DNA from: Malacoraja senta
Lineage: Eukaryota
Length of the DNA stretch: 64,000 nt
Direction of reading: 5' to 3'
NCBI GenBank assembly: GCA_038087875.1
Contig: CM075993.1
Coordinates: forward strand, 1,676,001 to 1,740,000
Of the stretch, positions 49,169-63,124 are shown in pieces. The position numbers and the translations under genes are program-made. Position 1 is the stretch's first letter. Each line of letters opens with the position of its first letter. Below the pieces are notes generated by a model. That model was not told the origin of the DNA. It ran no database searches and worked only from the letters and a program-made list of their open reading frames with translations.

Positions 49169-52100
49169 ATTTATTTATTAGAAGTACATTACATCACAGC
49201 CACATACATTAATACTCGTCATTTATATCTTCTTACAATTAATGTACTCCGTTTATTTATTTTTTTACACTAAAGAAAGAAAAGATTGAAAGAGAGAAGA
49301 AAGTGAAGGAAAAAGTGCAAGTGTAGAAAAGTGTAGAAAATGTAACAACAAAAAAGGACGAAGACCCTATGAGAGCGAAATTAAAAACAAAAAGAAAAAG
49401 AGTTAAGAAATAGGCCCTAAGAAAAGAAAAGAGAGAGAGAAAAAAAGAAAAACAAATGTTTTTTTTTGAGCATCACGTAAATAGGACATACCAACTCTTC
49501 AACTATCATCCCCCCTTACCCGACCTCAATTTTTTATTTTTTTTAAAGTACTTTTGCACCCTATGTTTGTAATAATTCTATAAATGCAGACCACGTCAGG
49601 TGGAAGTGATCTGGTTTACCTGCTAGGAGGAGTCTTATCTCTTCAAGGTGTAGTGTTTCAAACATATTTGAAATCCACATATTTATAGTTGGTATTGGAG
49701 CCTTCTTCCAAAATTTTAGAATTAGCTTTTTTCCAGTTATTAACCCATAATCCATTAATTTCTTTTGAAACACATTTAGTTCTGGATCATCTTCCGTTAT
49801 TCCGAAGATAATCCATTCTGCTTTGGGTATCAGTCTTGTTTTAAATAACTTTGTAAAGATTTCAAAAATTTCATTCCAAAATTTTTGAATTTTTGTACAG
49901 AAGACAAATGAGTGCGCTATAGTTGCTTCTTGGGATTGACATTTATCACAAATAGATGATACGTTTGGGAAAATTTTATGAATTTTAGTTTTCGAATAAT
50001 ATAATCTATGTAAAATTTTAAATTGTATTAAAGTGTGTCTTACATTAATCGAGCATTTATGTACTTTTAATAAGTATTCATTCCAACTTTCCTTTGAAAT
50101 TTTAATAGCTAACTCTTGTTCCCAGTCTCTTCTGATACCCTCCGTAGATGGTATTTGTACATTTAAGATAATATTGTACAAATATGATATTAAGTTTGCT
50201 GATTCCGCTTTTATCTGCATTGCCTCATCCAGTACATCTGCTGGGTTATTATGATGATCTTTTATATATTTTTTCAAATAGTCGCATATTTGAAAGTATT
50301 TAAAATATTGATTATTTCCGAGTTTATATTTTATTTGTAATTGTTGAAATGAAAGTAATTTTCCAGTTTCATACAAGTCACCAAGCGTTTTAATTCCTAG
50401 TCTATCCCATTGTGTATAAGCTTTATCTATAATAGAAGGACTAAACGAAGGGTTATTGACTATAGGTAATAAAAGTGATAAGTTTCTTAATTTTAAATTT
50501 TGTTTTATTTGTTTCCAAATACGGATTGTACTATGAATAATTGGGTTCTTATTATAGTTTATGTTATTCAATTTCATTGGAGAGAGGAGGATCGCTCCAA
50601 TGTTTCTAGAGGAGCAATCCTCTTTCTCCATTACAATCCAGTCTACTTGCTGGGCGGAGTTATCCATCAGTTGAATCATGTTTTTAATATTTACTGACCA
50701 ATAATAATACATAAAATTGGGTAGTGCTAGACCCCCCAATACTTTAGATTTATTCAGATGGGTTTTTTGTATTCTATGTGATTTATAGTCCCATATAAAA
50801 TTAGTGATATCTGAGTCGAGTTTTTTAAAAAACTTCTTAGGTAAGTATATAGGAATTGATTGAAATAGGTATAAAATTTGTGGTAAAAAGATCATTTTTA
50901 TTGCGTTTATTCGGCCTATTAAAGACATCGGAAGCGTTTTCCAGAATTTAATTAATGTATTCAGTTTATTAAGTAGGGGGTCAAAATTTGCCCTGAGCAT
51001 ACCTTGGTATGCTCTGGTAATTTCGATTCCCAAATATTTAAATTTTTCTGTAGCTATTTTAAAAGGGAATTTTAAAAGATGTGTTGAATCTTTCGGTTTT
51101 ATTGACATAATTTCACTTTTATTCCAATTTATTCTATATCCAGAAAAAGATCCGAAGTCTTCAATTAAATTTAATATATTTGGTATAGTGATTTGAGGTT
51201 TTGTAATATACAATAATATATCATCCGCGTATAAAGATATTTTATTATATGAGTCTTTAGTATTATATCCATGAATATCAGGGTGTATTCTAATTTTTTC
51301 TGCTAGCGGTTCAATAATGAGAGCAAACAGCTGTGGTGATAATGAGCATCCTTGTCTATTTCCCCTTGATAGTTGAAATTTCGAGGATAATATGTTATTA
51401 GTAAGTATTCTAGCTGTAGGTTTGTTATATAGTAACTTAATCCATAAAATAAAATTCTCTCCCAGTTGAAATTTTTGTAATACTTTATCCATATAATTCC
51501 ATTCTACTTGATCAAATGCTTTTTCAGCATCCAGCGAAATAATTGATAATTCTTGATCTTCAGATTTGTGTGAGTGCATTATGTTGAGTAGACGTCTCAT
51601 ATTATTAGAAGAGTATCTCTTAGGGATAAACCCTGTCTGATCTGGGTTTATTAATTTACTAATGTATTTACTTAATCTTCTGGCTAATGTTTTCGCTAAT
51701 ATTTTTTTATCTGTGTTTAACAATGCTATAGCTCTATATGAGCCAGGTTCTTCTAAATCCTTATTTTTCTTAGGTATTAATGTAATCGTTGATTCCGCTA
51801 ATGTATCAGGTAGTATTCGTTTTTTAAAAGCGTATTGGTACATTTTTTGTAATCTTGGTATTATTTTATCATAAAAGTTTTTATAAAATTCATTAGTAAA
51901 TCCATCAGGGCCTGGTGTTTTTCCATTTTTTAGTGAGTTTATTGTATCTTCTAATTCCTTAATTGAGATTTGTGCACCCAGTTCCTCTTGTTCCTTCAGC
52001 TCTAACTTTGGAAGATTACAGGTATCCAAGAACTTTGTGATATTATTGGAATCAATTATCGTTTTAGATGTATACAAATTCTCGTAAAATTGCGCAAATC

Positions 52101-53475
52101 TTTTATTAATATCCTTCGGTGTTGTTAATAATTCCCCTTTATCTGATTTGATCTTTGGTATAGTATGTTCCTTTTCTCGTTTTTTTAGCTGGCGAGCCAA
52201 AAGTTTATGCGGTTTATCCCCAAATTCAAAGTGCTCTTGTTTTGTAATTTGAAAAAGTCTTATAAGTTTGGCAGATAATAATTTATTTAATTTAAATTTT
52301 AAAATTATTATTTTATTATGTTTATCTATTGATGGATCTTTAGCATTATCTATATCCATTTGTCTAATAAGTTCTTCTAACTGTCTTTGTTCATTCTTAT
52401 TCTTTTTATTTTGAAAAGCTTGATATGAAATTATAATACCCCTAATGTATGCTTTAAAAGATTCCCAAAGTAAAGTAGGCGATATATCTGAAGTATCATT
52501 TGTTTGAAAAAAGACCTCCATTTGTTCTTTTAAATATATACTCGCTTGTGGATCTTTTAAAATTTGAGAGTTAAATCTCCAGAATGAATTATTCTTAGAC
52601 AATCCTTCCAGTTTTAAAAAGAAAGTTAGTGGAGAATGGTCTGAAATTGAATTTGTATGATATATTGCATTAGATGTTTGGGGGATTAATTTTGTATCCA
52701 GCAGAAAGTAGTCTATACGTGAGTATGTCTTATGTACCATTGAGTAAAACGAATATTCCCTGCCAGTTGGATTCACAATTCTCCAAACATCTGCTATATT
52801 AGTGTTGTTTATGTAGGTATTGAGGAGTTCCCCAGTTTTCGATTTCATATTCCCTCTCTGTTTTTGACTTGATTTATCTAAGTACGGGTCTAAAACACAG
52901 TTAAAGTCTCCGCCTATTATAACATTTTGATAGTTTGACTCTGCAATTATATTGAAGATTTTATTGAAAAAGTGGGGGTTATCAAAGTTAGGGGCATATA
53001 TATTTACCAAAGTAAGTGGAGTGTCATGGATTTCTCCATTAACTATTAGGTATCTCCCTTCTATATCTGTTATAATATTCTTTGCTTTAAATGGTATACC
53101 TTTTCTTATGATAATTGACGTGCCTCTAGATTTTGAAGTGAATGAAGAGTGGTATGTTTGACCTATCCATTTCGCCCTCAGCCTAACTTGGTCCTGAGGT
53201 TTTAGGTGTGTTTCTTGTAGGAAGGTAATGTCAGAATTATACATTTTTAGCTGAGCTAATATCTTACCCCTTTTGATAGGTTCATTAATACCTCTTATAT
53301 TCCAACTACAAAATGAGACTCCTCCTAGGTTCTTTTGTGTGGTGTCATGCATTTTGAATAATTATAGTACCTTTGAATCTTGTGGTGCGTCCATATCCCA
53401 GGTCTTTAGGTATTGGGGGAGTTTTTGAATTATTAACTTTTGTTGGTATGTCCATATTATTCTTATCACTAAAAA
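49138..53475 (-). mobile_element. L1-clade LINE, 5'-truncated just upstream of ORF2, with poly(A) tail and TSD
   Basis: T-run 49137-49164 (poly(A) on minus) preceded by AATAAA; 15-bp TSD AATTCAATGTTTTCT at 49123-49137 and 53476-53490. Confidence 0.96.
49561..53352 (-). CDS. Intact L1 ORF2p (APE endonuclease - RT - CCHC), 1263 aa
   Basis: WNIRG, QETH, YAPN, GGDFN, SRIDY, SDH (EN); PGPDG, LDAEKAFD, RQGCSLSP, YADD (RT); CDKC-x8-H-x4-C knuckle. Confidence 0.96.
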   Translation of the reverse strand: MHDTTQKNLGGVSFCSWNIRGINEPIKRGKILAQLKMYNSDITFLQETHLKPQDQVRLRAKWIGQTYHSSFTSKSRGTSIIIRKGIPFKAKNIITDIEGRYLIVNGEIHDTPLTLVNIYAPNFDNPHFFNKIFNIIAESNYQNVIIGGDFNCVLDPYLDKSSQKQRGNMKSKTGELLNTYINNTNIADVWRIVNPTGREYSFYSMVHKTYSRIDYFLLDTKLIPQTSNAIYHTNSISDHSPLTFFLKLEGLSKNNSFWRFNSQILKDPQASIYLKEQMEVFFQTNDTSDISPTLLWESFKAYIRGIIISYQAFQNKKNKNEQRQLEELIRQMDIDNAKDPSIDKHNKIIILKFKLNKLLSAKLIRLFQITKQEHFEFGDKPHKLLARQLKKREKEHTIPKIKSDKGELLTTPKDINKRFAQFYENLYTSKTIIDSNNITKFLDTCNLPKLELKEQEELGAQISIKELEDTINSLKNGKTPGPDGFTNEFYKNFYDKIIPRLQKMYQYAFKKRILPDTLAESTITLIPKKNKDLEEPGSYRAIALLNTDKKILAKTLARRLSKYISKLINPDQTGFIPKRYSSNNMRRLLNIMHSHKSEDQELSIISLDAEKAFDQVEWNYMDKVLQKFQLGENFILWIKLLYNKPTARILTNNILSSKFQLSRGNRQGCSLSPQLFALIIEPLAEKIRIHPDIHGYNTKDSYNKISLYADDILLYITKPQITIPNILNLIEDFGSFSGYRINWNKSEIMSIKPKDSTHLLKFPFKIATEKFKYLGIEITRAYQGMLRANFDPLLNKLNTLIKFWKTLPMSLIGRINAIKMIFLPQILYLFQSIPIYLPKKFFKKLDSDITNFIWDYKSHRIQKTHLNKSKVLGGLALPNFMYYYWSVNIKNMIQLMDNSAQQVDWIVMEKEDCSSRNIGAILLSPMKLNNINYNKNPIIHSTIRIWKQIKQNLKLRNLSLLLPIVNNPSFSPSIIDKAYTQWDRLGIKTLGDLYETGKLLSFQQLQIKYKLGNNQYFKYFQICDYLKKYIKDHHNNPADVLDEAMQIKAESANLISYLYNIILNVQIPSTEGIRRDWEQELAIKISKESWNEYLLKVHKCSINVRHTLIQFKILHRLYYSKTKIHKIFPNVSSICDKCQSQEATIAHSFVFCTKIQKFWNEIFEIFTKLFKTRLIPKAEWIIFGITEDDPELNVFQKKLMDYGLITGKKLILKFWKKAPIPTINMWISNMFETLHLEEIRLLLAGKPDHFHLTWSAFIELLQT

Positions 53476-56400
53476 AATTCAATGTTTTCTGATGATGATT
53501 CTGAATTAAATTGTACGATTGGTAAATTTAGTCATGCTACTGGTAGATCTAATTCCTCCCTTCAATGAGCAAAGGATGAACAGAATACACAATTTTAATA
53601 CCAATGGCTGATCTGCACCATGGCCTTGGTTTGGCTTCCTTCCAACACATTTGTCTAGAGATTATTTGCTTGAATAAATCAAATGTTATATTCAGAAACC
53701 TCACAGTCTCGAACACTATCTTAAATGTTTCAGTTTCCTAACTGCATGTTTTCTTCAGTTACCAAGCAAGCCAACTTCAGACATCTATCTACAATACAAT
53801 TCTTTGTACCCTTGATCTACAGTTAGCAAGTTTAATGAACGGTTTACTGATCATGTTCTCCTGCCCGCTGAAAGGAAAATTCATTGGAACATGTATACTA
53901 ACTAAACAGTCATAATACGCAGCAAAGTGGTGGATGTATCACACCTCGCTACCACCTGTCCCTCTCTGCCCACGCTCGCCTGTTACTGAATGCAGAGAGC
54001 AGACCATGCTGACTGTGACACACATGGCCAGCTGGGGACAACAGCCAGGTATCAAGCAGCCCCGTTCTGAGGTCCTGCAACCCCCCCCCCCCCCCACAGA
54101 TGTTGATGAAACGCTAATCTATGGAACTTTTTTGCCTTCTGTCAATGTTGTGAAGCCACATTTAATAGACTTGGTGTGGGATTGCAGACTGTTGGAGGGA
54201 ATTTTATGTTTAATCTGTACCCTAAATCTGGCTTTCAGGTGGGGCCCCAGTTGCCCTCTTAATTACAGCTCAGGAACAAACACAAAGAACATCTCGTAGA
54301 GCAATGGTGAGTTTCTCAAACGTCGGTTTATTCAAGGCCTTAACAGTACGCACTGTGAAACACTCTGAGAAAACCCAAATTGTTTCAAAGATTCCCAGCA
54401 CCCACAGCATTTTTATGTTATCATGACTCAATGGTTACATGTGGATTTTACATTTTAAAAATAATTCATTATTAATCAATGTCAGGACTCGGCATTGTTA
54501 AATGATGTAAACTTGTTTGGCACAACTTTGAATATATAGTAGGCAGCTACCAATACTGAAGCACAAGTGATTATAGATCAACTGCAGTAATGTTAGAGCT
54601 GGGGTGACATCATTTATATATGAGCATTGGAGAGGTTCAAATGAACATGGAGTTTTGAAATGGATCTGCTGGAGTATGAGAAACTATTGATGCTTGGAAA
54701 GGATTAACTTACAGCCATATGGGCGGTGACCTAATTACATGCGTGCATGTAGTGGACTCTGCAGAACTGCACCAGAGCGGGAGAAAGCAGAGTGTTAGTT
54801 CCAGCAGCCTCCTTTCAAACTTGAACAGATGTTGACAATATAAGACATCAGGTCGGTGTCTTCTATCCGAGTAAAATTGTTAACCTTCACATGGCGTTTT
54901 ACAATGCTAAATGTACCGTGTGAAGCTGCTGATGCTGGAAATGTTGATACAAGATGGGTATTATACTAACATATAATCCCTAACAATTGAAGCCATTTAA
55001 ATTGTAGTTCAGCTACAACACCTAAACCAATCCCAGTAACAGATTAGTTCCAGAGCTGTTTTACAACAATCCAGAAAGACATCCTCGTCTTTTCTTCTTT
55101 GATGCTATTATTTTATTTCAGGAAATCTTATACTTTTCCAAACCACAAGTAGTATTCTACTTAGGATTTATACAATGCATGTATATATATATTTTTGGTT
55201 CTGCTGTACTATTTAATTGTTTTCAATTAATCTAAACTAACATTTTTCCAAAGTATTTTCTATGACATTTAAATGGATTGGCTGTTGTTTATATGAATTT
55301 CTCCATTCTTGAGGTAAATACTGTACCGATGTTTTAAGTATCTCTTATTTTGTTCCTCCTGCCGGCAATGATACTTGGGCCCTTTATTCTAAGTGGCTGG
55401 GAAAAATGCAGCATTATGACTGAAAAAAGTGTTGCACAGAAAGGCAGTAGGCCTTTTTGATGCAACACTAATTCGTTTCTCTTCCCAAGGGTTTCTAGGG
55501 ACTAAAGCAATCCAAGGGCAGTGCAGGAATTGAAATGAAGATCATGTATGACGTTCATGAATGGCAGAGCAAGCTCAAAGGAGTGAATAATCGAATCCTG
55601 CTCCGATTTCTTATTTCAAAGCCTTAATTATGAGAACAGAATTATCTAACTTTACTTAAAAAGCAAATACATTCCAATTCATCCATATTTCAACACACTA
55701 AGACAGGAATTCCAGATGCTGGTTTAAATCGAAGATAGACACAAAAAGCTGGAGTAACTCAGTGGGTCGGACAACATCTCTGGCGAAAAGGAATAGGTGA
55801 TGTTTCGGGTCGAGACCCTTATGTGACAGTTTAAAATGAATAAACCCGTCATCTATACTTACGTAGTGTAAGCAAATAATTACAGATTCACATTGTTAAA
55901 CATTGTAATTAGGATGTGAGCAATACTAACACGGCTGGTGTTTATTGTCCATTCACAGGAGTGAACCAGATAGTTTTGGACTGGATTCACTTGTATGAAC
56001 ATTTTCTCTATTCTAAAAGGCATCAATGTCATAACCAGTTTTTAAAATGAGGGCAGCTTTTGCTTCAAAGAACTGTCCCACTTTCACTAATTTCTATTTT
56101 AAAAACAGCAGAGGTGCGATATGAACACATCTCTGGATCGCGTGTGCCACAAATAACCTACTGCGGTTACTTCAAGATATCATTATTTTAGTTTAGACAC
56201 CAAATGCTGGAGTAACTCAGCGGGTCTGGCATCATCTCTGGAGAAAATAGTTGACGTTTCGGGTCAAGACTGAAGAAGGGTCTCGACCCGGAATGTGCGC
56301 ACTCAGTGGGCCGAAGGGCCCGTTTCCATGCTGTGTCTCTAAGCTAAAGACGATTCCCTTACAGCTCTTCATTAAATACAGCCAAAATTATTGTTTTGCC

Positions 56401-57711
56401 TTTCCAAGAGACGAAAATCCCACGCACAGCTTGACACGAGTGAATTGCTTTAAGCAGTAAGAGCAGTAAAATGGTATGAGATATAAAAGGCACTCCCTAG
56501 CATCCACACAGAAAACAGATTCAACTCATTAGCTATTAATAATTACTATCTGGTAGATGGCTTCCGATTCCAAGCTGCAAGACTAAACCTCAAGGACAAG
56601 TGAAGGTAAAATCTGGACAAGCTGTTTCCTCATACTGCAATTTTCATCTCATTAAGTGTATCAAGTATCCATTTCTGTGGAGGGAATGGGCAGATAATGT
56701 TTTGCGTCGGGACCTTCCTGACCCAGAAAGTTGTAAGTCCATTTCCACCACGATGTCACCTGACCCGCTGAGTTCCTCCAGCACTTTGCTTTGTGCTCAA
56801 GATTCCAGCATCTGCAGTGCCTTGTGTCTAAAGTCTCAATTTGTTGATTTCAGAGACAGTATTGACTAAAAGTGTTTCTGGAACTTTTAATATAATTTGT
56901 CACATATTTCTTCCCAGACGAATTATCTTGCACTTCACTTATATCTACATAGAAATACAGAAGGGAATACTTAGCATGCCACGTGTCCTAGAACTTTGAT
57001 TCATTCCTGAAGTCGCGTGCTGTCTCTGTGGAGTTTGTACGTTCTCCCCATGTGCTTTTGACAGGTGCTCTCAATTATTCCCCAAAACATGCTGGCAAAT
57101 GGCCACTATAAACTAATGTTTAGTGTAGGCAACTAATAAAATAAAAGGGGAGATAATGGGCATGTACGAGGGAATAAGTTGCAGGGCAAAGGGAAATGGG
57201 ACTGCTCTGATGGGAGACAGGATGGACTGGATGGGGTGAATGACCTCTCTATGCCAAAGGAGGTAAACATTTACAACACGGAAATAGTCTAATTGATGCT
57301 AGTGTTTGTTTTACAAGAACTACCAATAACTAGATTTCAATTGATGTTCAGAATATCCTTGCATTCTTCCCTTTATGTATACTAGTTAGTGAGGAATGCA
57401 TGGTTCTACGGATGAAAATGTACGGAAGTATTCTACGGTATTTTTCAATTTCTGATTTTGAATTTGCTTCATATTATCAATATACTCCCTCTGCTCCGGC
57501 CCACGTAATGGGAAGTCCTTTAATCATCAGCAACACAGATACCACACCCCATCCTTATGTAACATCCTCCCCACATTTCCCCTTCTCAGAATCTGGCAAT
57601 TTCAATCAAATCCCCACTCAAACTAAATTCTAGCATAGCCTGTCCCTCATAACAATCTACCCATTCTAAGTAATAGTCTTTTAAACCTTCTCCGAACCAC
57701 TCCCAATGCTG

Positions 57712-57993
57712 CGGTCACGGTGGCGCAGCTGTAGAGTTGCTGCCTTACAGCGCCGGAGATCCGGGTTCGATCCCAACTACGGGTGCTGTCTGTGTGACAT
57801 GGGGGTTTTCTCCAAGATCTTCGGTTTCCTCCTACACTCCAAAGACGTACAGGTTTGTAGGTTAATTGGCTTGGTAAATGTAAGAATTGTCTCTAGTGGG
57901 TGTAGGATGGTGTTAATGTGCGGGAATCGCTGGGCGGCGTGGACCCGGTGGGCCAAGGGCCTGTTTCCGTGCTGTATCTCTAAACTAAACTAA
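57712..57993 (+). mobile_element. tRNA-derived V-SINE (HE1-like)
   Basis: GGTGGCGCAGCTGTAGAG...GGTTCGATCC...GTATCTCTAAACTAAACTAAA. Confidence 0.85.
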
Positions 57994-58573
57994 ATATCCT
58001 TCCTTGAATAAGGAGATCAAACTCCATGTGATCTCGCCGATGCCCTATTTAACTAAAACAACTATTTTTGTATTCCTCTTGCAATAAGAGGTTATATACG
58101 GTTTGCTTTCTTAATTACTTGCTATTATGGATTACTAGCTTTTAGAAATCTGACTCCAGGTCCCACGGGATCTCAGATCTCTCATCCTTCACCTTTGTTT
58201 CTTTATTTCATTTTTTTTCCTGCCAAAACTTCATGACTTGCTGCAAAAAGCACCATTTTAGCCTTTGCCTAAATCATTTCATCTATATATCTAAGTGCCT
58301 GTAAGGTCTCCATTTGCCCTTTTCACTACGTGCTTTCCTGACTATCATTGTCTCTCTGTATGTTTCTCCATTTATATAAAGAAGAAGGAGTTGAGGTACT
58401 GAGTTACCTAGTACTGATCCCCATGACACACCACTCATTTCATGTTGCCAACAGAAGCTTTTGTGCTGATTTTTTTTCCAGTGGCACACAGATGATGTCG
58501 CTGGATGATGAGACTTAAGCACAGCGGGAGTGCAATGAGTAATTACTTGGCATTCCCGTCAAATGGAGACAGA

Positions 58574-58899
<326 letters not shown>

Positions 58900-59339
58900 T
58901 TACAAAGAAGATAAAAAATGAGCAAATTATGATTAGATAAATTAAGTCCTTTGATTGTGTTAAATTAAATAAAAAATCACCTTTACAAATATACTGGGTG
59001 TTCATCAGTGGCAGGATATCTCATATAAAACCCGCGTGCATGTTTTAAGAAGGAATCACAAATGATTTTGAATATCTTTAAGCCGCATCAGAATGTAGAT
59101 TATGTTAAAAAACATATCTGTGCAGTAGGCTCTTTAATAAAATAACGCAGCCTATATTGGCCAATGGACTCAGTATTCTATCAATGTCTGCACAACCACC
59201 CAGGATGTGCTCAATAAACCAACCTTCAGCTTAACCCATGAATCTTTAAAGGAATTTGATGTTGAACTTGACACTTTCTGGTCAAAAAGATCAGAAAGTG
59301 CTGCAATAATCCTATATCTGCAATAATCTAAAATGGCAC

Positions 59340-60000
59340 ATCAATGCAGACCACATCATCAAGAAAGGACAACAACGCCTATACTTCCTCAGCTCAAAAA
59401 GTTCAGAGTCCACAAACACCTCTTGGTGTTTCTATCAATCCATCATTGAAAGCATCATCACCTCCTCAATCACAGTCTGGTATGGAAACACTGACAGTCA
59501 CTCACTGCACAGAATACAGCGCATTGTCTCCAAGGCCTCTAGGATCATCAACTCTCCCCTCCCCTCAATCCATACCATTTACCTCCAACTTACCTCAAAA
59601 CGGGCAATAAAGATCATCTCGGACCCCTCCCATCCAGCAAACCACCTTTTCCAGTCTCTCCCTTCAGGGAGGCGCCTTAGGTCACTTGCTACAAAATCCA
59701 CCTGCTTTAAAAACAGTTTCTTCCCCTCAGCAATAAGAACACTTAATTCCCTCCAATAACAGACAATACTAAGGACTTTTGGTGTATACAGTGTCTTGTC
59801 TATGGTCTTGTCTGTTCTTTTGCACTATGTATTGTTGGTGAGATTTGTGATTTGTGATGTGGTATGGATGCACTTTATTACTATGATCTGTGTTGTTATT
59901 AGTGTTAATGTGACTAAAGCAGTGTACCATCATGTACCGAACCCAAATACCACCAACCCTGGTTGTGTGGCAAATAAAGATTCTATCTATCTATCTATAC
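59340..60000 (+). mobile_element. Older Rex1/Babar-type LINE 3' fragment
   Basis: Frameshifted KKGQQRLYFL...FYQSIIESIITSSITVWYGN...LPSGRRLRS...FKNSFFPSAIRTLN; AATAAA followed by a (CTAT)n tail. Confidence 0.75.
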
Positions 60001-61878
60001 TGTAATACACCCACTTTGGCCGAAAGGTGTGATCTTTAGCATGAAGCCATCTACAGTAGGAAGGCCCCATATCACCACCCTTCCTCCTGTCAAGCTCCAT
60101 ACCACCAAAGCAAACATCATTTACTACATTCTGGGGAGGATAAAAACAAATGGTTTGCAACTTATCATTACTATTCATTAATTACAATGGTTCTAGAACC
60201 CTAGTTTTATGAAGAGAAATGGTGTTTGACAAATTTGTTACACTGCATTGAAGATGTAAGAGTAGATGAGAGAGAACCAATTGATGGTACATATGGATTT
60301 CCAAAAGAGTCCCAATGAAAGGTTACATGAGATTGAAAATAATGCCCTTGGAGCACCTTTAAGAATAAACACATTGTTAGATTGGCCATGCCAAACTAGA
60401 GCTGGGGCTTCACCTATATTAATGACTCGGATGAAGGGACCAAGTGTATCACATCTAGGTTTGCTAACAATAGAAAGCAAGATAGAAAATAAAGTGAAAA
60501 TAAAATGAAGGGAAAAGCAAGAAAATGAACACAAAGTTGGACAAGCAGAATGCAATGGTTATTCAATTTGGAGGGGTTATAGAACATTTTAAAATTGAAT
60601 TAAATATTAAATGCTGATGTGCAGATAAGTCTGGATTCCCATGTACAGGCACAAAATTACAGCAGACTAGGCAAGGCAAATGCTCATTGGTCTTTATAGT
60701 AAAGGGGGAAGGAGTGCAAACATGAAAGGAGAACCAAAAGGAGGAGAAATAATTCCAATTTTGTTCTCCCCTTTTAAGAAAAGATGTACTTGCCCTTTAA
60801 ATGGTATATGACTCGATACACCAGGTTGCTTGACCGTGCCCTTAAAATGCACTCTTATCTCATTTCTATTTATATCACTTTGGGAATGGAAAAAAAAGCC
60901 CCTACTGACTTCATAAGAACCAACATCTTAACATCTGCAGCATGAAGATGCCAGTGCTAGATAGAGTCACTAAAATAAACAATTGAGTATTTGGACTAAT
61001 ACAGATGATATGCTGGCACATGTATGTGATATTTCTGGGTGAGGAACTATTAGGCAAATAAAAGATCCTTTTAAAAAGCCCAATAAGTAGATTTAAAATT
61101 TTAAAGAGATAACTCAACTACATTAGCAATAGCTTATGTTAAAGTATTTGGTTAATTATGAAGGTGGACAAAAATGAGATGGTTAATTATGAAAATGTTT
61201 TTAAACAGAATAATTTTATTGAATTTAGTTTCCCTCTTCCCTTTTTGAGAAATGCTCCATTCTGTTAATTATATTTACTTAAAAAATGGGAAAATAGGTA
61301 ACGGCAACTTTTCTACAATTTTCTGTTGCCAGAAAACCCTCCAGCCCATGACACTGAATGCAGTTATTGACTAGAGACATGATTACTGCCATAAGGTAGC
61401 TCAATAAGGCTGTTCACAACCCTTTTCTCAAAAGTATCAAAAGCTGGTTAATAAACACTGGCCTATTTGTTCTCGGTATACATGTGACAAACACAGATGG
61501 AAAGACGGAAGAGAGAAAGTTTCTCCGGGTCACGAGCAACAATGCTTTTGCACAGATGATCATGTGGATTATAGCACCATTTGTCATCATGCAAAAGCAA
61601 ATGTCTGACTGCACCTCAGATTACCACAATGGCATCATTTGCCATTGACAAGTTGAATTAGGTTTGAAAACGGTATAGGGCAGATTCAATATACAAATTT
61701 CTTAACTGGTATAATGCGTCCAATCATTGAATTTACTCCAATGGACTTAATTCGAATGAGATAGTGTCCCATAACTTTACAGACATCCAGAGGCAGTTGA
61801 CAAAGCTTATTTACTCGCACCTTTTAACATTCCAAAAGTTGATACTTGGTTACACAAGCCTAAAGATATAGTTCTCAC

Positions 61879-62050
61879 TTGTATTCAGTGCTGTTTGCGG
61901 CAAAGTTCCTGGTCCCAGTAATCTCTTCTCCGTCTTTAATCCAGTAACTGCCATTGCAGGGACTTGATGTCAAAGTCAGGTTACAATACAGGTTGATTTC
62001 TGTGTTTGAAGGCTTTAAAATAACTTCTTCAGTCGAATGGATCTTTGGCT
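61879..62050 (-). CDS. NPTN: NPTN exon (172 nt): PKIHSTEEVILKPSNTEINLYCNLTLTSSPCNGSYWIKDGEEITGTRNFAANSTEY(K), Ig2 N-half
   Basis: Acceptor catttcag|AG, donor TACAA|gtgag; Ig Cys and Trp positions conserved. Signal peptide and Np65 Ig1 exons are expected beyond 64000. Confidence 0.93.
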
Positions 62051-63124
62051 CTGAAATGCACAGAGCAAAAATAGAGGTTGTTAGTTAATGTGATGCTAGT
62101 GCACAGCGAAAAACAGATGCAGCCAACTCTCAGTCACCAACCACTCGGAAATACAACTCTCTCTCGATGAACTGCTGGGTTTATGCACTTACAACACTGC
62201 TATTAACCCAAAAACTGTGCCCACAGCTGACTATTAGCAAAGTAGCAAACACTATTCTCTACAAAAACCCTAATTGCCTTGCAAATTCACTCAATGTGGT
62301 TTAGAGCACAATTCACTGAGATTGTAAAAGGCTTGAGATGACCGACAAGTTTGTTGCTGACAAGTTCAAGGTTATTTGCTGTCGCTCTATCTGACTCCAA
62401 ATCTGGAGAAAATTGTTTTGTAAAAATGCTGACGCAAATGGAATGCACGGTGAACGCCAGCATCGTCACGACATGACATGTCAGGCTGGCGTAGCTGCAA
62501 GCCAAGTCTGCACTTGGCAATGCTGAAATGTGATAATAAAGATAAAAAGATAGGACTAGGCAATTCTGTGTATTGTGAATTTACTATTGACTCCACTACT
62601 ATTAATTTAGCCCTGTGCGAGTTGAAAATGGCAGTTTACAATAAGTGGAATTCCATGCATAAAACTCATTCTATGGGTTATATAAAGAATTGCTTCCATT
62701 ACTGATTATTTAATTCATTCCCGTGCACCTGACTGTAAATCTACTCTCCATTCTCAAAAGAGTTAAGTGATAAGTTAGCAGGATCTGTCTGGTAATGGTT
62801 AGGGTCTCAGACAGGTTTAAATCAGGTGACAATGAGAACTGATTGAGTAAAAAAAAATCAACAGGCCCAATGAATATAATTATTTGAAATTGGAAAATTA
62901 AATGATAGAATGAACAATCAAAAACCATTCCCAAAATAAATATGGTGCAGGCAGAATACTAAACACCTCACCAGCACTGTACATTTATTACAGCATCCAC
63001 AATCAAATCCTGGCAACATATACACAAATGTCCTACTTTCAATCTAGGAGAACTTGTACCTTCCGAAGAGTCCACCAGGGACTATACTGGAAGTTGGACA
63101 ATTTTATACTGGACAATTTAAAAA

